Shown piece by piece: positions 56,566 to 64,000 of a stretch of DNA of 64,000 nt; position 1 is the stretch's first letter, and every line of letters begins with the position of its first letter. Origin of the DNA: a virus. Lineage: Duplodnaviria; Caudoviricetes. The DNA lies in IMG/VR virus record IMGVR_UViG_3300008110_004617, positions 1-64,000 of that record; one strand, written 5' to 3'. The notes beneath the pieces are model-generated. The model ran no database searches and was not told where the DNA came from. It saw only the letters and a program-made list of their open reading frames with translations. The translations under genes were made by a program, and so were the position numbers.

Positions 56566-58188
56566 ATGGCCGCTATAATAAAGCATAAAAGAAGCTCTAT
56601 TTCAGATAGAGTCCCAACAGTATCGGATCTTGAACTAGGTGAACTCGCCATCAACACCTATGATGGCAACATTTTCTTAAAGAGAAACCAGGATGGTGAT
56701 GAAGCCATCATAACGTTTCTTGCTAGCAATCCTGTAAGAAATGTTGTTTACGTTCAAAAGAACGGTGATGATACGAACAGCGGAACATCTTGGGACGGCG
56801 CGTATGCCACAATAGAGAAGGCGCTCGAAGACGCGGCAGACAGAGAAGAAGAAGAAGTCACTCTTATTGAAATAGGCCCAGGCAGGTATACGACACAGGG
56901 TCATTTAGATGTGCCAGACAATGTTGTTATTCGAGCAGCTCATAGAAGCGCATTCATAAGCCCTGTCACCGGGTATGAAGAAAGAAACGTGTTCCGCCTA
57001 GGTTCTGGTTGCTTTGTTGAAGGTTTAGTATTCGACAATTGGCGTCTTGATAGTTTGGATAATCCAACAGAAGGTTTTGCGTTCTGTTTTAGACCAGGTG
57101 CAGTAATTCGTAGAGCGCCATACGTTCATAAGGTTGTAGTTAGAACAACTCCATTCTGGGATACTGTTGCGCCACCTTTGGACAGAGATAATGCAAATCC
57201 ACTTATTGGTAGGGGTGCCGGTGTTATTATAGCCGATGGGTCCGTATGTTCAGCATATAGTATCTACCCAAACATTATGGCTTGGGGCGCTACACCAGTC
57301 TCTCATAATGGTATTGGGTATGTCGCAAGGAACGGTGGACTCATTAATGCTGTTAATGCAGTTAGTATGTGGGCACACAAACATTTTCTTGCTCTTGATG
57401 GCGGGCAAATTATTTTATCTTCTTGCTCTACTCAATTCGGCGACTATACTATGGTCGCGGACGGATCAAGAAACATCGTTGTTCCTACAGAAGTAGCAGA
57501 GGGATCATTATCAATACAGACAGCTGCATCAAATGCCGTCTCTGCGGCTAGAACAACAATTATAAATGCTACTTGGAATAATCTCGTGTCTGGTGGATAC
57601 ACTAACGGGTGGACTGCACAGGACGAAGAATTTATCAGAAGAGAAGCTGCCGCATTTCTTCAGTCAATTGTGTGGGTTCTGCAGACTGCGAATGAAAAAC
57701 CAATGCTAGATTTTGCAAAAGGTCTGTTTGATACTATCGGCGAAAAGGTGTATGCAGAGTCAAAAGAAAACGCAATTATACACTCGTTCGAGTTTATGAG
57801 AAACACTATTATTGCATTAGCAAACGTTAATTCTGCTTCAGACACGATAGTAACTAACCTGGTCTCTGCATTAATAGACACGATCGAAGATACGAATAGA
57901 GTTTCCGAGCCTTCTACGATCACGGCGATAGGCCACACATGGACAGCACTCATGGCCGGTGTCGCGCTAACAAAAATACCACCTGCTAGAAATTTTGCGA
58001 CCATCGAAGAAAGTATACTCGAGTTAAATAATGGCATAGTCATTGCGTCTGGCCAAGACGATCAAGGATCGGCTCTCTTCATTGGTGGCATGAAGATCGA
58101 TGCAGATACTGGCGAACTTACGGGTCCTCCATTTGAACAATCAGTTAATAGAATTGCAACTAGAGCAGCAATCGCAAGGAGTTTTTAA
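56566..58188 (+). CDS. virion structural protein (beta-helix-like); module B gene 1
   Basis: N-terminal 'KRSS....VP..SDLELGELAINTYDG..F'; 'VYVQKNGDD.N.G'; 'FRLGSGCFVEG...PTEGFAFCFRPG'; paralog of 30361-33585. Confidence 0.6.
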   Translation: MAAIIKHKRSSISDRVPTVSDLELGELAINTYDGNIFLKRNQDGDEAIITFLASNPVRNVVYVQKNGDDTNSGTSWDGAYATIEKALEDAADREEEEVTLIEIGPGRYTTQGHLDVPDNVVIRAAHRSAFISPVTGYEERNVFRLGSGCFVEGLVFDNWRLDSLDNPTEGFAFCFRPGAVIRRAPYVHKVVVRTTPFWDTVAPPLDRDNANPLIGRGAGVIIADGSVCSAYSIYPNIMAWGATPVSHNGIGYVARNGGLINAVNAVSMWAHKHFLALDGGQIILSSCSTQFGDYTMVADGSRNIVVPTEVAEGSLSIQTAASNAVSAARTTIINATWNNLVSGGYTNGWTAQDEEFIRREAAAFLQSIVWVLQTANEKPMLDFAKGLFDTIGEKVYAESKENAIIHSFEFMRNTIIALANVNSASDTIVTNLVSALIDTIEDTNRVSEPSTITAIGHTWTALMAGVALTKIPPARNFATIEESILELNNGIVIASGQDDQGSALFIGGMKIDADTGELTGPPFEQSVNRIATRAAIARSF

Positions 58189-58190
58189 TC

Positions 58191-58655
58191 ATGGCACGTA
58201 TTACATGTAGAACGCCATCAACCGGAAAACCTTTAAGAATAGCGCAGAATAGTGTAGCTAACACATTTCAAGTAATTGCAGAAGCACCTGACTTCTCTCT
58301 TCCAGACGCATCAAACAAATATTCTGAAAGAGATCCGGCCGACGCTTCACGAGCTATACGCCCTGGAGAGATCTTTTTGCTTACGCCAATCTCTGCTAGA
58401 AATAAAGATTCTGTTGATAGGTGGATTGAAGTCGTTTTTGTAACTGAAGGTGGTACAACTATTGAAATAGGAAAGATAGAAGTTCCGGCTGGTGACACTG
58501 CGTTTATTCCTATTCAGGGCAGAAGTTTGTTTAAGAGAACGGCATCTAATGCAAATGGCGATAGACTTCAAGTTAGAGCAGAAGTGTCCGGCGTATTTGA
58601 TGTTATGGTGGCCGCAGAAGAAAGACTGTCAAGCGAACATAGCGGAGTGGTGTAA
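58191..58655 (+). CDS. 154-aa putative virion structural protein; module B gene 2
   Basis: Same length as 33582-34046 and shares motifs with it. Confidence 0.6.
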   Translation: MARITCRTPSTGKPLRIAQNSVANTFQVIAEAPDFSLPDASNKYSERDPADASRAIRPGEIFLLTPISARNKDSVDRWIEVVFVTEGGTTIEIGKIEVPAGDTAFIPIQGRSLFKRTASNANGDRLQVRAEVSGVFDVMVAAEERLSSEHSGVV

Positions 58656-58660
58656 GTTAG

Positions 58661-61600
58661 ATGACAGAATTTTTATCAGGAATGAATTTATCAGGTAAAG
58701 TAAAAAAGACACCTCCTACAGAAGTGTCTCCGGATAGATACAAGTATATTAAACTTTCTGAAACAGAACCAGATCTCGGTGTTCCAGAAGCAAATAACTA
58801 TGTTCTTGCGTCTGATACAGAAGGAAATCGCTTTTGGTTAGAGACGAGTGGAGTTCAAGGAACAACTGGCCTTCAAGGTGAGCAAGGTACGCAAGGAGTT
58901 GAAGGATCTCAGGGTACACAGGGTACTCTTGGTATACAAGGCGAACAAGGTACACAGGGATCTCAAGGCACGCAAGGTCTACGGGGAGACCAAGGTCTTC
59001 AGGGTACTCTTGGTATACAAGGTGAGCAAGGTACACAAGGATCTCAGGGTGCACAGGGTACTTTTGGTATACAAGGTACGGATGGCAACTTTGGCGGGGC
59101 ATCGTTTGATTACACCTATAGCACTTCCATTATTCAATCTGACCCAGGCACCGGAAGATTAAAGTTCAATGATGCAGACATAACGACTGCAATTAGAATG
59201 TTCATCGATGACACAGATGACAACGGTATTGATATTCAATCATTTTTAAGAACAATCGATGATTCTACTTCAACGATTAAAGGACACTTTAGAGTATCTA
59301 ACAGAACTGCGTCTCAACGATTCGCTCTCTATACAATTTCATCTATATCAGAAGAAGCAGGGTTTTTCTTAGTTAACTGTGGGTATGTATCTGGGTCAGT
59401 TAATAACTTTAATGATAACGAAGATATTATCATTACATTTGCTAGAACTGGAGATATTGGAGATATTGGACCACAGGGCGTGCAAGGTGCGCAAGGTGTT
59501 CAGGGAACTCGGGGTCTTCAAGGCGAACAAGGTCTTCAAGGAACGCAGGGCACTCAAGGTTTCCAAGGTACTACTGGGCCACAAGGCGTTCAAGGCACAA
59601 CCGGAACTCAAGGAACGACTGGAACCCAAGGTACTATTGGAACACAAGGTCTTCAGGGAACACAAGGTACCCAGGGTACTACTGGTACACAAGGTACAAC
59701 TGGGACGCAGGGAAATAATGGATCGCAAGGTCTACAAGGAACACAGGGTGAACAGGGAACCCAAGGCGAACAAGGTATTCAAGGTACTCAGGGAACCCAA
59801 GGCGAACAAGGTATTCAAGGTATTACCGGGACGCAGGGTTTTCAAGGAACATCTGGATTTCAGGGAATTCAGGGAACCGCGGCCATAGACGGAGCAGAAG
59901 GTTCTCAGGGTACGCAAGGTCTCCAGGGTACACAAGGAACTGTCGGATCTCAGGGTCTCCAAGGCGAACAGGGCACTACTGGAACACAGGGTTTTCAAGG
60001 CACGCAAGGTCTTCAAGGAGAACAGGGAACACAAGGACTCCAAGGCAATCAAGGTGAACAAGGACTTCAGGGAACTCAGGGTGAACAAGGACTCCAAGGC
60101 AATCAAGGTGAACAAGGACTTCAGGGAACTCAAGGTACCCAAGGTATCCAAGGCGAACAAGGTACTCAAGGTACTCAAGGTCTTCAAGGCGAGCAGGGTA
60201 CTCAAGGTCTTCAAGGCGAACAAGGTACTCAAGGTCTTCAAGGCGAGCAGGGAACTCAGGGAACACAAGGTCTTCAAGGTACTCAAGGTGAGCAGGGCAC
60301 TCAAGGAACACAAGGTCTTCAGGGAACGCAGGGAACTCAAGGCACGCAAGGTACTCAAGGTCTTCAAGGCGAACAAGGTATTCAAGGTCTCCAAGGCATC
60401 GAGCTCGTATTAAATTATATTGGATCATGGGTGCAGGCTAGCTATGTAAAAGATACTGTTGCTGTAAGCACGGTTGATGGTAACACTTATGTATCAAAGC
60501 AAGTCATCACGTCTGTTTATCAGGACCCTGCGGTTAATACTACTGAATGGGAACTATTTGTTCTACAAGGAACTCAGGGTCTTCAAGGTGAGCAGGGAAC
60601 TCAGGGTCTTCAAGGTGAGCAGGGAACTCAGGGTCTTCAAGGTGAGCAGGGAACTCAGGGTCTTCAGGGTGAGCAGGGAACTCAGGGTCTTCAGGGTGAG
60701 CAAGGTACACAAGGACTTCAGGGTGAGCAGGGAACTCAGGGTCTGCAGGGTGAGCAAGGTACACAAGGACTTCAGGGTGAGCAAGGTACACAAGGACTTC
60801 AGGGTGAGCAGGGAACTCAGGGTCTGCAGGGAGATCAAGGTCTTCAAGGTAATTTTGGTATACAAGGTATACAAGGATCTACCGCAGGAGATGCTGCAAC
60901 TCTAGACGGATTGGATAGTCTTCAATTCGTAAGATCCGATGTTAGCACCACGATGACCGGTGGTTTCTTAACTCTTGCACAAGATCCATCTGGTAATCTA
61001 CAAGCCGTCACAAAACAGTATGTAGATACACTAGTATCTGCGGCTATACATTATCACGACCCAGTTAGAGTAGAGTCACCAATCTCTCTTAATGCTATTT
61101 ATGATAACGGAATATCAGGAGTTGGCGCTACATTAACGAATGGCGGAACTCAGCTAGGTCTTATTATAGATGGAATTACGCTAAGTACTGACAACCGTGT
61201 TCTTTTATATCAACAAGCTAACACGGCTCATAACGGCGTGTATACAGTCACAGATACTGGTTCTGCAAATACTGATTGGGTTCTTACTCGTTCAACCGAT
61301 ACAGATTCTTACAGCCCAAGCGATTCTGGAAGTATAGGTAGAGGCGACGCGTTTTACGTCCTAGAAGGTAACACCGGAGCCGGCGAACTCTATGTACTGA
61401 CCACAGAAGGAGTCATTACATTTGGAAGCACTGGCATAAACTTCTCACAGATAAGCTCTTCACAGATTTACAAAGCAGGCGCTGGATTAGAACTCAATGG
61501 TGTTGAGTTTTCTATTAATCCAGATGCGAATATTATAGTAAGTGGAGTTACAATACAAAGTATAGGACCTGTAATAAACTCAAGCGGTACGTGGGTTGGA

Positions 61601-61867
61601 GATCCAACTAATTTACAGGGAGCTCAGGGTACAACCGGATCGCAAGGTCTTCAAGGATCTCAAGGTACGGCTGCTGTAGACGGATTAGACGGTGCTCAAG
61701 GTCTTCAGGGAACTCAAGGCACGACTGGATCACAAGGAACAACAGGAACTCAGGGAGTTCAAGGAACTACTGGATCTCAAGGTCTTCAGGGATCACAAGG
61801 AACTCAGGGTGAACAAGGTATTCAAGGAACTCAAGGTACTACTGGATCTCAAGGTACTACTGGATAA
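58661..61867 (+). CDS. collagen-like fibre protein; module B gene 3, N-terminal frame
   Basis: Several G-X-Q triplet tracts separated by globular domains; TAA at 61865 falls in the middle of a repeat tract. Confidence 0.82.
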   Translation: MTEFLSGMNLSGKVKKTPPTEVSPDRYKYIKLSETEPDLGVPEANNYVLASDTEGNRFWLETSGVQGTTGLQGEQGTQGVEGSQGTQGTLGIQGEQGTQGSQGTQGLRGDQGLQGTLGIQGEQGTQGSQGAQGTFGIQGTDGNFGGASFDYTYSTSIIQSDPGTGRLKFNDADITTAIRMFIDDTDDNGIDIQSFLRTIDDSTSTIKGHFRVSNRTASQRFALYTISSISEEAGFFLVNCGYVSGSVNNFNDNEDIIITFARTGDIGDIGPQGVQGAQGVQGTRGLQGEQGLQGTQGTQGFQGTTGPQGVQGTTGTQGTTGTQGTIGTQGLQGTQGTQGTTGTQGTTGTQGNNGSQGLQGTQGEQGTQGEQGIQGTQGTQGEQGIQGITGTQGFQGTSGFQGIQGTAAIDGAEGSQGTQGLQGTQGTVGSQGLQGEQGTTGTQGFQGTQGLQGEQGTQGLQGNQGEQGLQGTQGEQGLQGNQGEQGLQGTQGTQGIQGEQGTQGTQGLQGEQGTQGLQGEQGTQGLQGEQGTQGTQGLQGTQGEQGTQGTQGLQGTQGTQGTQGTQGLQGEQGIQGLQGIELVLNYIGSWVQASYVKDTVAVSTVDGNTYVSKQVITSVYQDPAVNTTEWELFVLQGTQGLQGEQGTQGLQGEQGTQGLQGEQGTQGLQGEQGTQGLQGEQGTQGLQGEQGTQGLQGEQGTQGLQGEQGTQGLQGEQGTQGLQGDQGLQGNFGIQGIQGSTAGDAATLDGLDSLQFVRSDVSTTMTGGFLTLAQDPSGNLQAVTKQYVDTLVSAAIHYHDPVRVESPISLNAIYDNGISGVGATLTNGGTQLGLIIDGITLSTDNRVLLYQQANTAHNGVYTVTDTGSANTDWVLTRSTDTDSYSPSDSGSIGRGDAFYVLEGNTGAGELYVLTTEGVITFGSTGINFSQISSSQIYKAGAGLELNGVEFSINPDANIIVSGVTIQSIGPVINSSGTWVGDPTNLQGAQGTTGSQGLQGSQGTAAVDGLDGAQGLQGTQGTTGSQGTTGTQGVQGTTGSQGLQGSQGTQGEQGIQGTQGTTGSQGTTG
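60568..60840 (+). repeat. 27-nt coding tandem repeat (GTQGLQGEQ)n
   Basis: About ten consecutive units of the type ggaactcagggtcttca(a/g)ggtgagcag. Confidence 0.85.
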
Positions 61868-63576
61868 CTCAGGGAACTACAGGATCTCAAGGTATTCAGG
61901 GAACGCAAGGTACAACTGGATCTCAAGGTACGACTGGATCTCAAGGAACTCAAGGACTTCAGGGTGAGCAGGGAACACAAGGTACAACTGGTATTCAAGG
62001 TACTACCGGTGCGCAAGGTACAACTGGATCTCAAGGTCTTCAGGGAACACAGGGAACTACAGGATCTCAAGGTCTTCAGGGAACACAGGGAACTACAGGA
62101 ACACAAGGTACGACTGGAACTCAGGGAACTACAGGAACTCAGGGAACTACAGGATCTCAAGGTCTTCAGGGAACACAGGGAACTCAGGGTCTTCAAGGTG
62201 AGCAGGGAACTCAGGGTCTTCAGGGTGAGCAGGGAACTCAGGGTCTTCAGGGAACACAGGGAACTCAGGGTCTTCAAGGTACACAAGGAACTCAGGGTCT
62301 TCAAGGTACACAAGGAACTCAGGGTCTTCAGGGTGAGCAGGGAACTCAGGGTCTTCAGGGTGAGCAGGGAACTCAGGGTCTTCAAGGTGAGCAGGGAACT
62401 CAGGGGGCAACTGGTACACAAGGTACAACTGGTACACAAGGTACAACTGGTACACAAGGAACAACCGGTACCCAAGGAACTACTGGATCGCAAGGTATTC
62501 AAGGAACTACCGGAACTCAAGGAACAATCGGTACACAAGGAACAACCGGTACCCAAGGAACTACTGGATCGCAAGGTATTCAAGGAATTACTGGAACTCA
62601 GGGTACTACCGGTACACAAGGCACGACTGGAACTCAGGGAACTACAGGAACGCAAGGAACAACCGGTACCCAAGGAACAACAGGAACGCAAGGTGCTACT
62701 GGATCGCAAGGTCTTCAAGGTACGACTGGATCGCAAGGTATTCAAGGAACTACCGGAACTCAAGGAACGTCTGGGACTGGTGCACAAGGTATTTCAGGTG
62801 GATCTACTAGTTGGATCTTAAGAACTACCAATTACACTGCGGTTTCTGGTGATAGAATACTCACGAACACGGCCGGCGGAACATTTACAATTACACTCCC
62901 AGCTACACCCGCCACAGGAGCGTTCGTTGTAATCGCTGACGCTAACGATTGGTCAGCTATAAATCTAACGGTCGCAAGAAACGGAAGCACTATCGAAGGC
63001 ATAGCTGATGATATTACAATGGACGTTAAAGGCTTTTCTGTAGAGTTTGCTTATGACGGTACAACTTGGGAAATATTTACTGCGATTGGTCTTCAAGGAG
63101 CGCAAGGTACAACCGGCTCACAGGGTATACAAGGTCCTACCGGCCCATCTACTACGATCAACGCGGTTGACGTATCAGATGACGATACAGTTTTCCCGGT
63201 GTTTGTAACAGCCGCTGGTTCAAATCAACTCGCAGAAGTTTCTACGACTAGACTATATTTCAATCCTTCGACCGGAGATCTGTCGGCAACTAACTTTAAC
63301 TCACTTTCAGACGTAACATTTAAAGAAAACTTTAAGTCTATCGATAACAGCTTTGATATTCTAGAACAAATAAATACGTATAGTTTCGATTGGAAAGATA
63401 ACAAGACAAAGAGCTACGGTGTGATTGCGCAAGAACTAGAAAAGATCATGCCAGAGCTTGTAAAAACAAACGGAAGTGGTTTAAAGACAGTTACATATAC
63501 TCCACTTATTGCAATCTTGATTGAAGCAGTTAAGAAACTAAAAGCTGACGTAGAAAACATAAAGAGAGATAACTAA
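61867..63576 (+). CDS. frameshifted continuation of the collagen fibre, ending in a peptidase S74 chaperone
   Basis: Frame from ACT 61867 continues the GTQ/GTT repeats, then 'WILRTTNYTAVSGDRILTNTAGGTFTITLPATP', and joins the 63019-63576 ORF in frame ('NFNSLSDVTFKENF...SYGVIAQELEK'). Confidence 0.78.
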   Translation, partial: TQGTTGSQGIQGTQGTTGSQGTTGSQGTQGLQGEQGTQGTTGIQGTTGAQGTTGSQGLQGTQGTTGSQGLQGTQGTTGTQGTTGTQGTTGTQGTTGSQGLQGTQGTQGLQGEQGTQGLQGEQGTQGLQGTQGTQGLQGTQGTQGLQGTQGTQGLQGEQGTQGLQGEQGTQGLQGEQGTQGATGTQGTTGTQGTTGTQGTTGTQGTTGSQGIQGTTGTQGTIGTQGTTGTQGTTGSQGIQGITGTQGTTGTQGTTGTQGTTGTQGTTGTQGTTGTQGATGSQGLQGTTGSQGIQGTTGTQGTSGTGAQGISGGSTSWILRTTNYTAVSGDRILTNTAGGTFTITLPATPATGAFVVIADANDWSAINLTVARNGSTIEGIADDITMDVKGFSVEFAYDGTTWEIFTAIGLQGAQGTTGSQGIQGPTGPSTTINAVDVSDDDTVFPVFVTAAGSNQLAEVSTTRLYFNPSTGDLSATNFNSLSDVTFKENFKSIDNSFDILEQINTYSFDWKDNKTKSYGVIAQELEKIMPELVKTNGSGLKTVTYTPLIAILIEAVKKLKADVENIKRDN

Positions 63577-63962
63577 TGCCAATATCACTAAAAAATGCTA
63601 TTTCTCCTAACGTTGGTGTTGTTAAATCCTGGGTAAAAATAACAAGTAACTACACGGCGCTGAATGGTGATAAACTCATTGCTGATACGTCGGCCGGGTC
63701 CTTTACGGTGACTATGCCATTTTCACCTTCTCCTGGGCATGCCGTGCAGATTACCGACGGTGGAAGTTGGCTAATAAATAACTTGCTAGTTAACTTTAAC
63801 GGCGCGACTATCGAAGGCATAAATGATACACTGTCTGTTAACATACCACAAACAACCGTAGAGTTTGTTTATGACGGCACTACATGGCAATTTATTTCAA
63901 ATATTGGTGCGAGAGGCTCTAGCGATGAAGCTGCAGCTTTCGCTATAGCATTAGGATTCTAA
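63576..63962 (+). CDS. small fibre-associated structural protein
   Basis: 'W...TSNYTA..GD.LIADTS.GSFTVT.P.SP..G..V...D...W..NNL.V..NG.TIEG' repeats the domain found at about 62810-63075; ends 'AAAFAIALGF'. Confidence 0.7.
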   Translation: MPISLKNAISPNVGVVKSWVKITSNYTALNGDKLIADTSAGSFTVTMPFSPSPGHAVQITDGGSWLINNLLVNFNGATIEGINDTLSVNIPQTTVEFVYDGTTWQFISNIGARGSSDEAAAFAIALGF

Positions 63963-63972
63963 AGGAAAAATT

Positions 63973-64000
63973 ATGGGTAAGAAGATTATAAGAGATTACG
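63973..64000 (+). CDS. start of the next gene (3'-partial)
   Basis: AAGGA RBS followed by ATG GGT AAG AAG ATT ATA AGA GAT TAC. Confidence 0.5.

Noticed and set aside
58749-62821. Many overlapping ORFs such as (ELRVFKVSR)n and (TLSSLLTLK)n
   Set aside because: Off-frame readings of the 27-nt collagen repeat, including 61964-62821; the glycine-periodic frame is the real one.
1-64000. tRNA/rRNA genes, introns, inteins, homing endonucleases, integrase or transposase
   Set aside because: None recognised by eye; intergenic gaps are short and core genes have ordinary lengths. A covariance search was not possible.

Overview
A 64-kb piece of a large T4-like myovirus genome. Gene order resembles cyanophage/alphaproteobacterial T4-like phages; the host is inferred, not shown. 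1-6.2 kb: replication block (C5-methyltransferase end, DexA, glycosyltransferase, gp45, gp44, gp62, regA, degenerate dUTPase, hsp20). 6.2-10.9 kb, minus strand: tape measure-like gene, gp51, gp26, gp54, gp2, gp4. 10.9-30.2 kb, plus strand: baseplate (gp48, split gp53, hub, gp5 with C-terminal lysozyme, M15 peptidase protein, gp25, gp6, gp7, gp8, VrlC-like) and an S74 fibre. 30.3-64 kb: an unusual appendage region. Two paralogous three-gene modules (beta-helix-like protein, 154-aa protein, nearly proline-free G-X-Q collagen fibre with S74 chaperone) enclose six Cys-rich 7-bladed RCC1 propeller genes (3 + DUF4376-like + 3) and a 15-gene late operon for glycosyl-, methyl- and sulfotransfer and ADP-heptose/NDP-sugar synthesis. 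I read this as a candidate virion-glycosylation / modular adhesin system. Sequence-level signals: a T TTT TTT -1 frameshift site joining gp26 to gp51 ahead of the tape measure gene; a ROSE-like thermometer in the hsp20 leader; an RBS-masking hairpin around a late promoter; a consensus antisense sigma70 promoter; and five apparent deletion/frameshift junctions that may be assembly artefacts. All family assignments come from motif recognition and synteny; no searches were run.
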